Assembly (NCBI GenBank): GCA_964524895.1
Contig: CAZGFG010000003.1
Location: forward strand, 34,023-98,022
From: an uncultured Gammaproteobacteria bacterium
GTDB lineage: Bacteria; Patescibacteriota; Microgenomatia; Daviesbacterales; UBA10151
DNA length: 64,000 nt
Reading direction: 5' to 3'
In this document: positions 1 to 10,128 of the stretch, piece after piece
How positions within the stretch are numbered: position 1 is the stretch's first letter
Layout: the number at the start of each line of letters is the position of its first letter
Notes under the pieces: model-generated
The model's database searches: none
Told to the model about the DNA's origin: nothing
Seen by the model: only the letters and a program-made list of their open reading frames with translations
Translations under genes and position numbers: made by a program

Positions 1-447
1 TTGGAAAAAGTAGCCCTGGTAGAAAACGGCAATACACCGGGAGGGAAAAGGAAAGTATCGGGTGATGCAAAAGAGGCTGTTACCCTAATGACCCTACACT
101 CTGCCAAAGGACTGGAATTCCCGGTAGTCTTTATGGTGGGCATGGAGGAAGGGCTATTTCCACACTCACGGTCTTTGCTTGATCCCAATGAGTTGGAAGA
201 GGAGAGAAGGCTTTGTTATGTCGGTATTACCCGGGCAAAACAAAAACTTTTCTTAACCTATTGCCGACAAAGGTTGTATTTTGGTCAAAGAAACAGTAAC
301 TTAGTATCCAGATTTATTGCCGATATTCCGGAAAATTTGATTAGTAGCAACACTAATTTTAGAGATGAGGGTCAAATGGATTATTCAAACCAAAGCTTTG
401 ATACAGATGTCAGTAGTATAGATGAAGATGACTGGTTAAATATTTAA
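1..447 (+). CDS. pcrA: ATP-dependent DNA helicase PcrA/UvrD, C-terminal fragment (5' truncated by window)
   Basis: SF1 helicase motifs V/VI: [32 protein letters not shown]. Confidence 0.93.
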   Translation: MEKVALVENGNTPGGKRKVSGDAKEAVTLMTLHSAKGLEFPVVFMVGMEEGLFPHSRSLLDPNELEEERRLCYVGITRAKQKLFLTYCRQRLYFGQRNSNLVSRFIADIPENLISSNTNFRDEGQMDYSNQSFDTDVSSIDEDDWLNI

Positions 448-452
448 AACCT

Positions 453-1154
453 ATGAATTATCTGGAAAGATATTTAGGTATAGCTTTTATTGTATTTTTA
501 TTTTTCCTAGGCCAAAAATTTAGCACCCCCTCGCCGGTAATAGCAGACGAGAAGCCTACTGTTTTAGAAGTTTTACCTATCTCCCAACCCGTCACCACCC
601 AGTCTCGCTTCACTACCAGACTGGAGGAGGAAACGGAAACAATTCTAAGAAAAACCCTTTACCAGGATGACCCGGAAACAGAAGCCGGCATAGAACAAGT
701 ATTAGAAGAAGGGGAAGACGGAAGAAGAGTTAATATAATTAAAATTACTTATTATGACGGTAAAGAATACGACCGTGAGATTACCTCAACCGAAATCACC
801 CCTCCAAAGGATAAAAAAATACTAAGAGGAACAAAAATTGTCTGGAAAAGTTTGCAAACTCCGGATGGGGAGATTAGATACTGGAAGAAAATGAGGGTCT
901 ATGCTACCCATTATGATTCGCATTGTCCGGGTTGTAACGAGTGGACAGCAATAGGAATGAGGGCCGGCAAAGGAGTTATTGCAGTTGACCCTAAAGTTAT
1001 TTCACTCCGCAGCAAAGTTTATATACCGGGTTACGGATTGGCAGTAGCCGGAGATACCGGAGGAGCGATCAAAGGTAATATCATTGATCTGGGATTTGAG
1101 GATGCCAGAACAGCAGACTGGAGTGCCAAGTTCATAGATATCTATCTTTTGTAG
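453..1154 (+). CDS. G5 domain + 3D domain cell-wall protein
   Basis: N-terminal TM; G5-like EEGEDG...I.RGTK; 3D motifs IAVDPKVI, AGDTGGAIKGNIIDL. Confidence 0.85.
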   Translation: MNYLERYLGIAFIVFLFFLGQKFSTPSPVIADEKPTVLEVLPISQPVTTQSRFTTRLEEETETILRKTLYQDDPETEAGIEQVLEEGEDGRRVNIIKITYYDGKEYDREITSTEITPPKDKKILRGTKIVWKSLQTPDGEIRYWKKMRVYATHYDSHCPGCNEWTAIGMRAGKGVIAVDPKVISLRSKVYIPGYGLAVAGDTGGAIKGNIIDLGFEDARTADWSAKFIDIYLL

Positions 1155-1226
1155 AAACTTGGCACGGAAGTACTGAGCTATGCGAAGGACTGGAGTGCCA
1201 AGTTCATAGACATCTATCTACTGTAA
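1116..1226 (+). repeat. Direct duplication of the 3D gene 3' end flanking a REP-like hairpin
   Basis: 1116-1154 and 1188-1226 both encode DWSAKFIDIYLL*; aacttggcac (1156-1165) is the inverse of gtgccaagtt in both copies. Confidence 0.9.
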
Positions 1227-1868
1227 GAATTTAAAGTTTTCCAAGATTTTTTCCCCATCACTGCCTATCACTCTAAATAAATACATCTTCTTATCTTTTG
1301 AGATATAAATAAATCTTGGTTTTCCAACTCGGTAATCAATCACCCTGCTTTTGCCTGTTTGCCCTGAAACCGTAGCTTCATCTTTAGGAGCCAAGTCAAA
1401 TTTTCCTCCGGATGTAAAATCTCCCCAGACAAAAGGGTAGTACCAAAAGTTATGGTGCCAAGTGTCAATCGTTAAATTATCCAAATTTTCAAAAACCCAT
1501 ACAGTTAACGGATTCTCATCATATGACTCACTTTTGTCTAGAACCACCACCCCACCTATCGATTCTCCCGGCTCATAACCTACGTACCCCTTGAAGTTTT
1601 TCCGAAAATCTCCCCCTCCTCTTTTATTAAATTCCTCCTCCGTGTCTATTTTTAAGGTTAAACCCCTAGGATATTCAAGCTTAAAACCTAAATTGAGATC
1701 TGTGTAAGTTTCGGTATTAGACACTGTAGGGCTCCATTCTTGCTTAGGTTTCTCGGTATTACTTTTAAGAGTTACGTTTTGAAAATTTTGATAGAGATAG
1801 AAGATAGCAAAGCTTGCCAGCAGTAATATCCCAAACATTAAAACTGGCTGTATGATTCCCCTTTGCAT
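1218..1868 (-). CDS. Membrane-anchored hypothetical protein (possibly PsbP-like fold)
   Basis: N-terminal TM, YTDLNLGFKLEYP motif, C-terminal EKILENFKFL. Confidence 0.6.
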   Translation of the reverse strand: MQRGIIQPVLMFGILLLASFAIFYLYQNFQNVTLKSNTEKPKQEWSPTVSNTETYTDLNLGFKLEYPRGLTLKIDTEEEFNKRGGGDFRKNFKGYVGYEPGESIGGVVVLDKSESYDENPLTVWVFENLDNLTIDTWHHNFWYYPFVWGDFTSGGKFDLAPKDEATVSGQTGKSRVIDYRVGKPRFIYISKDKKMYLFRVIGSDGEKILENFKFLQ

Positions 1869-1933
1869 ATATCTATCATAATACCTCTACCTCCCACTTG
1901 CAAAAAGTTTTTGTATTCTGTTATGATCGGCCA

Positions 1934-2563
1934 ATGGCAAAAATAAAAACTTCCGAACCAAAAACTAGTTGGTCTATCTTGGATAGGATAAAAAAATATA
2001 GACCTACCAGGCGGGATTACCTATTGGTTCTTATCTTAGGTTTAATATTACTCGCAGTTTTCAAAAAGAGTTGGTTTGTAGCAGCAACAGTAAACGGAAC
2101 TCCGATTACCAATCTGGAGCTATTTTCCAAAATGAATGACCAATACCGACAGCAAACTCTAAACCAGCTTATAAATGAGAAGGTTATCTTCGAAGAAGCC
2201 AAGAAAAAAAATATAGTTGTTGATAACAATCAAATCAATGACAAAATCTCCGAATTGGAAAAAAGTGTTGGTGGAGCCCAAGTTTTAGACAGCCTATTGT
2301 CTCAACAAGGCCAAACCAGAGATAGCCTAAAACAGCAGCTTAAGGTCCAGCTAATTATTGAGAAACTCTACCAAAACGAAGCAACGGTTTCGGCTGAAGA
2401 GGTTAACAATTTTATAACCCAAAATGCAGCTGCCTTGCAAGCTACCGACTCTGCCGGCCAGATCCAAGAAGCTACTAATATATTGAGGCAACAAAAATTA
2501 TCGGAACTTTTTTCCCAAAAATTCCAAGAACTTCGCCAAAATACCAATATTCAAATCTTCTAA
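1934..2563 (+). CDS. SurA N-terminal/PrsA-like foldase (no PPIase domain)
   Basis: TM then VAATVNGTPIT...LNQLINEKVIFEEAKK; ATG 1934 preferred because TATGAT lies 6 nt upstream. Confidence 0.75.
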   Translation: MAKIKTSEPKTSWSILDRIKKYRPTRRDYLLVLILGLILLAVFKKSWFVAATVNGTPITNLELFSKMNDQYRQQTLNQLINEKVIFEEAKKKNIVVDNNQINDKISELEKSVGGAQVLDSLLSQQGQTRDSLKQQLKVQLIIEKLYQNEATVSAEEVNNFITQNAAALQATDSAGQIQEATNILRQQKLSELFSQKFQELRQNTNIQIF

Positions 2564-2612
2564 CATCAGAAGGTCTCTACACCCCGGACCCTAAACCCTA
2601 TATAATGTCTGC

Positions 2613-3647
2613 ATGGATCTTAGACTAATTACCGAGAGTAAAAAAAGTGCATATAATTCTGTCATCACTCATGTTATACAATCTTGGGAATGGGGAGAGT
2701 TTAGAAAAAGTTTAGGTACCCCTCTTGCCCGTTATGGATTATACGAAGGCAATAAATTGAAGTCTGCTTTCCAGATAACCTTTCACCAAATCCCCTTTAC
2801 TAATTTTTTTGTAGGTTATTTACCAAAGGGTCCCTTTCCGGATAAAGAATTCGTTGAGGCTTTAGCAGAACTTGGCCAACAAAAAAAGTGTGCTTTTATC
2901 AAAATAGAACCAAACATTAAGAATGAAGAATTTAAAATTAAGAATTTAGAATTAGATCTAAAATTCCATCCCTCACCTAAACCTCTCTTTACCAAACACA
3001 ATTTCATATTGGATTTGACAAAGTCAGAGGAGGAACTTTTAAAAAACCTGCATCCTAAAACCCGATACAATATTAAAACCGCTCAAAAGCATGGAGTAAA
3101 GGTGCAGGAGAGAATAGACGATGAAGCTTTTGACATTTACTTAAAGCTTTATTTTGAAACTACCAAAAGGCAAGGGTATCATGGGCACAATGAAACTTAT
3201 CACCGCAAGGTATGGCAAACACTTAAAGAGGCAAATATGGCCAGATTACTTATTGCTTTCTACCACCCGCCACACGCCAAAAACCCCAAACCATTAACAG
3301 CTTGGATGCTTTTTAATTTTCACCAAACTCTTTATTACCCATATGGGGGTTCAAGTCTTGAGCACAAAGAGGTCATGGCTAATAATTTAGTTGCTTGGGA
3401 AGCTATTCGTTTAGGTAAAAAGTTAGGGCTAAAAGAATTTGATATGTGGGGGGCTTTGAGTCCTGATGCTAACCCCAAAGACTCCTGGTTTGGTTTCCAT
3501 CGGTTTAAACAAGGATACGGAGGGGAATTGGTAGAATATATGGGAACTTATGATTTGGTGTTTAACTGGCCGCTTTACATACTTTTTACTACTATCGACC
3601 GATTAACCCCTGTAAAAGTTTTTCTCTTAAAACTTTTACAGAAATAA
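2613..3647 (+). CDS. FemABX-family peptidoglycan bridge peptidyltransferase
   Basis: QSWEWGEF, KTRYNIK, YYPYGGS, GFHRFKQGYGG, EYMGTYD. Confidence 0.9.
   Translation: MDLRLITESKKSAYNSVITHVIQSWEWGEFRKSLGTPLARYGLYEGNKLKSAFQITFHQIPFTNFFVGYLPKGPFPDKEFVEALAELGQQKKCAFIKIEPNIKNEEFKIKNLELDLKFHPSPKPLFTKHNFILDLTKSEEELLKNLHPKTRYNIKTAQKHGVKVQERIDDEAFDIYLKLYFETTKRQGYHGHNETYHRKVWQTLKEANMARLLIAFYHPPHAKNPKPLTAWMLFNFHQTLYYPYGGSSLEHKEVMANNLVAWEAIRLGKKLGLKEFDMWGALSPDANPKDSWFGFHRFKQGYGGELVEYMGTYDLVFNWPLYILFTTIDRLTPVKVFLLKLLQK
2916..2957 (+). repeat. Degenerate heptamer tandem repeat (6 units) inside the femABX gene
   Basis: attaaga atgaaga atttaaa attaaga atttaga attagat. Confidence 0.75.
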
Positions 3648-3650
3648 TTA

Positions 3651-4211
3651 GTGATGGACATTACGCTTATTATTTCCGGTGGCCTCTTATTAGGTTGCCT
3701 AATAGCCATCTCTTGGTTTGCCGGATCTGATGCCCCGTATATCCCAACTAGATTGGAACTGATCAAACAAGTATTACAAGCAGCAGGGGTAAAGGAGGGG
3801 AAAAAATTTTACGAGCTTGGTTCCGGTGATGGTAGAGTTGTTTTTCAGGCAGCTAAATTGGGGGCAAATTCAACCGGCATAGAACAATCTCTATTAAGAG
3901 TATTCTATTCAAAATATCGCGCCAAAAAGTTAGCTTTACACCCCCGAGGTGTAAACGTAGAGTTTTATCATGATAATATTTTTAATAGATCGTATCGGGA
4001 TGCGGATATTCTTTTTATATATCTATTACCAAAAGGAGTTTTAAGATTAGAAGATAAATTAAGAAAAGAATTGAAGAAAAATTCTACAATTATTACCCAG
4101 ACTTACCATTTTAAAAACTGGAGGCCGTATAAAAAAATAATTCCTCCTAAAAATATAGACTTAACTGGGGATATTAAGGGAGCAGGAAATTTTTATCTGT
4201 ATAGAGTTTAA
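3651..4211 (+). CDS. Membrane-anchored class I SAM-dependent methyltransferase
   Basis: APYIPT, YELGSGDGR, GIE, FIYLLP. Confidence 0.85.
   Translation: MMDITLIISGGLLLGCLIAISWFAGSDAPYIPTRLELIKQVLQAAGVKEGKKFYELGSGDGRVVFQAAKLGANSTGIEQSLLRVFYSKYRAKKLALHPRGVNVEFYHDNIFNRSYRDADILFIYLLPKGVLRLEDKLRKELKKNSTIITQTYHFKNWRPYKKIIPPKNIDLTGDIKGAGNFYLYRV
3935..3955. repeat. Mini-palindrome inside CDS; second copy at 30247-30263
   Basis: tttacacc-cccga-ggtgtaaa; 17 nt (3939-3955) identical to 30247-30263. Confidence 0.75.
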
Positions 4212-4212
4212 A

Positions 4213-4653
4213 TTACTCTACTAGCAGTGTCCCCACCATTCCCGATGCACGGTGGCCGGGGACAGAACAATAGTAGCTAAACGAACCACTCTTATCCGCT
4301 ATAAATTCCAAGGTCTCCTTCTCTCCGGTTGTTATCCTTTTAGATCTGATACCAAATTCATCTATAGTAAGATCGTGTGTTCCTCCCTCATCTTGAAAAG
4401 TGATCTTAACCTTATCACCTTTGTTTACCTTAATCTGACTTGGCTCATATTTAAAGCTGCTACCATAAATTGTAAATTCTTTAACTTCCCCTTGCTGTGC
4501 AGAATCTGTTGACTGTGAAGGTTGCACGCTTCCCTCTACCTGTTCTTCAACTGTCACCGGAGTAGAGCTATTCTTAGAATTTAAATACCAAACCCCACCC
4601 AAAACCGCTAGGGCTACGACAACTACCGCAATGATTACCAAATTCTTATTCAT
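4213..4653 (-). CDS. Membrane-anchored cupredoxin (type-1 copper) protein
   Basis: His in GTHDL plus C-x4-H-x4-M in YYCSVPGHRASGM. Confidence 0.88.
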   Translation of the reverse strand: MNKNLVIIAVVVVALAVLGGVWYLNSKNSSTPVTVEEQVEGSVQPSQSTDSAQQGEVKEFTIYGSSFKYEPSQIKVNKGDKVKITFQDEGGTHDLTIDEFGIRSKRITTGEKETLEFIADKSGSFSYYCSVPGHRASGMVGTLLVE

Positions 4654-4688
4654 AATTTAATGATACACTACTTATGCAATATTCCAAA

Positions 4689-5780
4689 CTATATCACTAC
4701 CAACTCCCTGGGAGAGCTAGTTAAATATTTTACCCCCTCATCTTCCATCACAAACAGATCTTCTATTCTGACTCCGCCAACATCAGGGATATAGATACCC
4801 GGTTCTATAGAAAAAACCATGCCCACCTTTAAAATCTCTTTACTTTTTGTAGACAAATATGGATGCTCATGTACCTCCAACCCGATTCCGTGACCTAAGG
4901 AATGAGGTATTGCAGGAAAACCATTTTTAACAATATAGGCTCTAGCTACCTTATCCACCTTTTGGGCCATGATTTTTTTACCGGACTTTACCCGGGAATT
5001 TATATAATCTATAGCTGCTTGCTGAGAAGACAGTACGGTTTTATACATCCTTTTTTGTCCGGAAGTAGGTTTTCTAAAAAATATTGTCCTGGTCATATCT
5101 GAACAATATCCGCCAAATTTTATACCAAAATCCATTAAAATTTGGTCACCATCTTTTAAAACAGTTTCCCCGGGTTGGTGGTGGGGATAAGCGGAATTTT
5201 TACCAAAAGCGATAATTGTTTTAAATGAACTTTGCGCTCCCATCTTATAAATTAAGTTCTCCAACCGGTAGGCCAACTCTTTCTCGCTGATTCCTTGCTT
5301 AACTTCCTTCAATATTTGATCAAAGACACTATCACCGATAAAGCAGGCAGTTTTGATCAGTTCTATTTCCTTGTCTTCCTTAACTCCTCTTATTAACCTG
5401 GCCTCAAAGTTTAAAACAGATTCAAATTCCCTAACCAAATGCTTATATTCTCTTGCTGTTAAATTTCCCTCTTCAATTCCCAATCTGACGGCAGGTAATT
5501 TAATCAACTTTTTAATAGTCTTACCTACAGGTTCCCTCCTACTTATCTTGATTGGCTTTAATCCTTTAACTTCTTTTTTGACATTCTCGATATAAATGCT
5601 ATGAGTCAGGATAAAAGCTCTATCTTTAGTAATTAACACATATCCATCTCTCTCCTCGGTAGAAAAATTTCCAAAGCCTGTCAAATAAGTTATATGTGCC
5701 GGTGAGGAAATAACTACTGCATCCAGTTTCTTTTTAGCCAAGTTTTTTTGTAAAGTATTAATCCGATTGGAGTATTGCAT
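4689..5780 (-). CDS. Xaa-Pro aminopeptidase (M24B)
   Basis: DFG...YCSDMTRT, HSLGHGIGLEVHE, EPGIY, GVRIED; start at MQYSNR chosen. Confidence 0.92.
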   Translation of the reverse strand: MQYSNRINTLQKNLAKKKLDAVVISSPAHITYLTGFGNFSTEERDGYVLITKDRAFILTHSIYIENVKKEVKGLKPIKISRREPVGKTIKKLIKLPAVRLGIEEGNLTAREYKHLVREFESVLNFEARLIRGVKEDKEIELIKTACFIGDSVFDQILKEVKQGISEKELAYRLENLIYKMGAQSSFKTIIAFGKNSAYPHHQPGETVLKDGDQILMDFGIKFGGYCSDMTRTIFFRKPTSGQKRMYKTVLSSQQAAIDYINSRVKSGKKIMAQKVDKVARAYIVKNGFPAIPHSLGHGIGLEVHEHPYLSTKSKEILKVGMVFSIEPGIYIPDVGGVRIEDLFVMEDEGVKYLTSSPRELVVI

Positions 5781-5869
5781 AAATGCTGATTCTAGACTTT
5801 TTTCAAAAAAGGTCAACTAATTTAATTTTGCGTCTACTATCAAAGGTAAAGGCATGATAAAATCCTGCC

Positions 5870-7042
5870 ATGAAGCTCCTCCATTTTTCAGATATCCACA
5901 TCGGGATGGAAAATTATGCTAAATTCGATCCACAGACAGGGCTCTCCACCAGGTTACTCGATTTTTTCAAAACTTTCGATTTTATTGTTGATACCGCAAT
6001 CTCCGAGAGAGTCGATGCAGTAGTTTTTGCAGGGGATGCATACAAAACCCGTGACCCAAACCCTACTCAACAAAGAGGCTTTGGTGAAAGAATAAAAAGA
6101 CTGGCTAAAAATAACCTCCCTACAGTTTTAGTTATAGGAAATCACGACACCCCTAATGCCGAAGGCAGAGCTAACTCTCTGGATATTTATTCTGCACTGG
6201 AGATAGAAAATGTCTGGGTATCCCGAACCCCGCAGTATTTACAAATCCCTACCAAATCAGGAGTTCTGCAAGTAGTAACCCTTCCCTGGCTTCATAAAAA
6301 TGACTACAAAACTATTGGAGAAAAGTTAAATCTGTTGTATGAAAAAATTACCCCTCCGCCAGTTGGCGGACCCGCTATCTTTTTATCGCATGCCGAAGTG
6401 GTTGGAGCGCAATACGGATCTGAAAAAGGAATGGCTATTACAAACGATGTTACCATTCCCTTGTCTTTACTTCAGGATAAAAGATTAAGTTATGTCGCTC
6501 TTGGCCATATTCATAAACATCAAGTCTTATCAAAACCCGGCGATATTCCTTTGATAGTGTATGCCGGATCTTCCCAAAGAATTGATTTTGGAGAAGAAAA
6601 GGAGGAAAAAGGAATATGCTTGGTAGATATCCCAAATCCAGGACACGCATCTTTTAAATTTGTAAAAACTCATGCTCGGGAGTTTTTAAGTATTGACATC
6701 AATTTACAGCTCGATGATATAGATCCCACTCAAACAGTTATCAGCGAGATAAAAAAGCACGACATTAAAGATAAAATTGTTAGGGTAACTATAAATATTC
6801 CGGCTAGTGTAAATAAAGAATTAAGAATGGATCAGATCAAGAAAGCGCTTTCAGATGCCAATTTTATCGCCGGAATATCCAGAAATATTGAAAAAAGGCA
6901 GCGGGAAAGAATTGAGGCAAAAGAGGTAGAAACCTTAACTCCCATCCAAGCTTTAAAAAAATATTTTGAAAGCAAAAAATATTCAAAGGAAAAACAAAAG
7001 GAATTGGAATCGTATGCTGCCCAACTTCTAGGAAATGAATAA
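5870..7042 (+). CDS. sbcD: Exonuclease SbcD (Mre11 family)
   Basis: HFSDIHIG, AGD, GNHD, YVALGHIH; upstream of sbcC. Confidence 0.93.
   Translation: MKLLHFSDIHIGMENYAKFDPQTGLSTRLLDFFKTFDFIVDTAISERVDAVVFAGDAYKTRDPNPTQQRGFGERIKRLAKNNLPTVLVIGNHDTPNAEGRANSLDIYSALEIENVWVSRTPQYLQIPTKSGVLQVVTLPWLHKNDYKTIGEKLNLLYEKITPPPVGGPAIFLSHAEVVGAQYGSEKGMAITNDVTIPLSLLQDKRLSYVALGHIHKHQVLSKPGDIPLIVYAGSSQRIDFGEEKEEKGICLVDIPNPGHASFKFVKTHAREFLSIDINLQLDDIDPTQTVISEIKKHDIKDKIVRVTINIPASVNKELRMDQIKKALSDANFIAGISRNIEKRQRERIEAKEVETLTPIQALKKYFESKKYSKEKQKELESYAAQLLGNE
6355..6370. repeat. Mini-palindrome in sbcD encoding PPVGG
   Basis: tccgcc-agtt-ggcgga. Confidence 0.6.
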
Positions 7043-7454
7043 ACCGGATAAACATATTGTTGTTTTTATTTTAAAAAGAGGTGTAAAGCTTTTGGTAGAA
7101 GAGAGAGCTTTGGAAAGTACCTTGGCCGGTGAGCTTCTATTCCCCGGTGGTAGCGTTGAAAAACATGAGTTAAACGATTTCATAGCGGCCATGAAACGTG
7201 AATCTATGGAGGAGTTAGGAGTTCTACCTATTGAGTATTATGCAATACCAACACCAAAAATTATTTATGGTTATGGCGGGGTTATAGTAAATCCTTTCTT
7301 AGTAATCAAGTGGCAAGGGAGTGTGCCCAAGAAAGTTTTAGATAAAGGTAACCCGCTGCGTTGGGTGAGTATGCACATGATGCTTCATTCTCCCATCAAA
7401 CCAGTTGCTGAAATTGCTCAAGCCTTAAATATTTATCTAACTTTAAACCAATGA
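7035..7454 (+). CDS. NUDIX hydrolase
   Basis: Nudix-like box FPGGSVE...AMKRESMEELGV; overlaps both sbcD and sbcC. Confidence 0.85.
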   Translation: MNKPDKHIVVFILKRGVKLLVEERALESTLAGELLFPGGSVEKHELNDFIAAMKRESMEELGVLPIEYYAIPTPKIIYGYGGVIVNPFLVIKWQGSVPKKVLDKGNPLRWVSMHMMLHSPIKPVAEIAQALNIYLTLNQ

Positions 7455-9682
7455 TTCCGGTAAATCTGAAATTATCAAATTTTACCAGCTATGGTGAAAA
7501 TCCACCGGAGTTGGGTCTTACTAAATTTAAATTGGCGGCAATTTCCGGCCTTAATGGTGCCGGAAAATCTTCCCTGCTTGATTCAATTACTTGGTGTGTG
7601 TGGGGTGCGTCTCGGGCCGGAGACTCTTCCGATGAACTCATTAGACTGGGGCAGAATGAGATGTTTGTAGAGTTTTCTTTTGAGTTAGACGGGCATTTGT
7701 ATACAGTCAAAAGAAGAAGGTCAAAAAAGGGAGGCGGGTCAACATCCTTAGAATTTTGGTCTAACTCCCATAACTTAACTGAAGGGACAATTAAGGTTAC
7801 GCAACAAAAAATTATCGATACTCTTCATCTTAACTTTGAAACATTTTCTAATTCCTCATATATCAGACAGGGGCACGTTGATGAATTTACGAACAAAGGT
7901 CCAACTGATAGAAAAAGGATTTTAGCGGATATCTTAGGCCTTGATCATTATGACAAATTAGAGGAAAAGGCAAAAGAAAAAAGCAAAGAAGCCCAAACTC
8001 AATTGCAGCTGATGGACTATCAGATGCTTGAGATAGAAGCAGAATTATCCCAAAAGCAGGAGAGGGAAAAATCCTTGAGTTTGGCCGAAGAAGAAAAAAG
8101 AGAGGTGGAGAGCCAGTTAAGAAACTTAGAAACCTTAATACGAACTATCACTGAAAGATACCAAAAAATTAATATCCAACTAAAAACTTTGGAGGAGAAA
8201 CGGACCCAATTGGAAAATATTGGAAAAGAGATTTCAAATTTGGAATTGCAAATGGAGCTAAAAGAGCGGGCAAAACAAGAATTTCAATCCATCCTGGAGA
8301 AAAAAGAAGCTATTGAACAAGCTTATAAAAAATTGCAGGTCTTGCAAAAGAAACAAAAGGTTTTGGATGAAAAGCGAAGCCAACTTATAAAAGTAAAGGA
8401 TGAACTTGTGGGTATACAAAAAATCATAAAAGTAAGGGAAGAAAAAAGGACCTCTGCAATCAATAAAGTCGAAATTGATATTAAGCAGTCCCAAACACAA
8501 AATGAATCTTTGCAAAAACAAATAGATCACCTAAATGGTAGGAAGGATTTGTGCCCTACATGTGGTCAACCAATTGGAGAAAGAAATAAGAAAAAAATTA
8601 TTGAAGAAAGTAGGAAAGAAATAGATAAAAATAACAAGGAGATAGAGAAGCTAAAACTAGTAATAGAAAAATATAAATCAACCAGGCTGCCAGAATACAA
8701 ACAAGCAATAGAGAAAGAGGAGGAGATTAAAAAATTAGAAGAGGAGGCTAAAGACTATTTTGAAATTACGCAGCATATTCAAAAGCTGGAAAAGGTTCCG
8801 GAGTTCTATACAAAACTTCAGCAAGCTCAAACAGGGGTTCAAACCCATCAAGACACACTTTTGGATTTACAAAAAATGCATCGGACTAAAAAAGAGCAAA
8901 TTTCAAAATACCAACAGGAGTTAGAGAAACTTTCTAAAATTGAAGGTGAGCTTTTAGAAGTTAGGAATGAACTTACCTCCAGAGAGCAAGTTAAACAGGA
9001 GTTGTCACAAAAAGCTCTGGAGCTAAGTGGAAGGGTGGGCGAGGCAAAACAACTTGTTTCCAGATCCATTCAGCTGGAGGAACTTTTTGAAAAAAAGCAA
9101 CAAGAAAAGAGCAAACTTCAAAAGGATAAGGAGGTTTATGACGAACTTTCACTTGCCTTCGGTAAAAAGGGGATTCAGGCTATGATTATAGAAAATGCTA
9201 TACCGGAAATAGAGGAAGAAGCAAATTTACTTTTAAACAGACTGACGGAAGGAAGAATGCAAGTTTCCCTGGAAACTCAAAGAGAAACAAAAACAAAAGT
9301 CAAAACAGCAGACGGAACAAAAGACCATGCCACTATTGAAACACTGGATATAGTTATCTCGGATGAGATGGGTGAAAGACCATATGAACTTTATTCCGGC
9401 GGTGAAACCTTTAGAGTAAACTTTGCCATCCGGTTGGCAATATCAAAACTTTTGGCCAATAGAGCCGGAGCAAGATTACAATTTCTGGTAATAGATGAGG
9501 GCTTTGGTACTCAAGATGCCCAAGGGAGAACAAGGCTTGTAGAAGTTTTGGATGCAATCAAAGATGATTACGAAAAGATTTTAATAATCACTCACCTTGA
9601 AGAGTTAAAAGAAGAGTTCCCCATAAGAATTGAGGTGACAAAGAACGCAGTCGGCTCAACTTTTGAGATTGTAGGCATATAG
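7451..9682 (+). CDS. sbcC: SbcC/Rad50 SMC-like ATPase
   Basis: Walker A GLNGAGKS, coiled coil with zinc hook CPTC, signature YSGGE, Walker B IDEGFG, ITH. Confidence 0.93.
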   Translation: MIPVNLKLSNFTSYGENPPELGLTKFKLAAISGLNGAGKSSLLDSITWCVWGASRAGDSSDELIRLGQNEMFVEFSFELDGHLYTVKRRRSKKGGGSTSLEFWSNSHNLTEGTIKVTQQKIIDTLHLNFETFSNSSYIRQGHVDEFTNKGPTDRKRILADILGLDHYDKLEEKAKEKSKEAQTQLQLMDYQMLEIEAELSQKQEREKSLSLAEEEKREVESQLRNLETLIRTITERYQKINIQLKTLEEKRTQLENIGKEISNLELQMELKERAKQEFQSILEKKEAIEQAYKKLQVLQKKQKVLDEKRSQLIKVKDELVGIQKIIKVREEKRTSAINKVEIDIKQSQTQNESLQKQIDHLNGRKDLCPTCGQPIGERNKKKIIEESRKEIDKNNKEIEKLKLVIEKYKSTRLPEYKQAIEKEEEIKKLEEEAKDYFEITQHIQKLEKVPEFYTKLQQAQTGVQTHQDTLLDLQKMHRTKKEQISKYQQELEKLSKIEGELLEVRNELTSREQVKQELSQKALELSGRVGEAKQLVSRSIQLEELFEKKQQEKSKLQKDKEVYDELSLAFGKKGIQAMIIENAIPEIEEEANLLLNRLTEGRMQVSLETQRETKTKVKTADGTKDHATIETLDIVISDEMGERPYELYSGGETFRVNFAIRLAISKLLANRAGARLQFLVIDEGFGTQDAQGRTRLVEVLDAIKDDYEKILIITHLEELKEEFPIRIEVTKNAVGSTFEIVGI

Positions 9683-9714
9683 TTTAAGCAGAAAATTTTA
9701 GTTACAATAAAGCT

Positions 9715-10128
9715 ATGGCCAAAATTATCTCTAAACTTTTTCCGGTGTTAATATTGTGGTTTGCTTTTGTCTATGTGCTATTTAACGTTGATTACCCACA
9801 AACCCTGGTTCAAGCCTCTTGGTTTCAATTTATCAGCTTTTTCCTGACGCTTTTTTTGGCCATTTTATTTACCCTTAACATCTTTCTTAGTTTTTTGGCT
9901 GTTTCTTTCTTTATCTCTTTGGGCCTTATTATTTTGCTACTTCTGCAGGCCCTGCACACTCTCAATTTGGTTACGGGCATCCTTACTATTGTGGCAATTT
10001 GGCTGTTTATAAGTTATTTCAAAAAAGCCAAGAGGCCGAGGTTTACCAAATTCCAAATACCCAAGCTCCAATTGTCAAATAAGAATAATCGGAGTAAACT
10101 AAGAGGCTCACGAGGGAGGAGAGGCTAG
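9715..10128 (+). CDS. Small multi-pass membrane protein
   Basis: Four hydrophobic segments and a basic tail. Confidence 0.6.
   Translation: MAKIISKLFPVLILWFAFVYVLFNVDYPQTLVQASWFQFISFFLTLFLAILFTLNIFLSFLAVSFFISLGLIILLLLQALHTLNLVTGILTIVAIWLFISYFKKAKRPRFTKFQIPKLQLSNKNNRSKLRGSRGRRG

Noticed and set aside
1116-1226. DGR template/variable repeat pair or mini-CRISPR
   Set aside because: Only two copies; all changes are silent and not all at adenines on one strand; no reverse transcriptase or cas gene in the window
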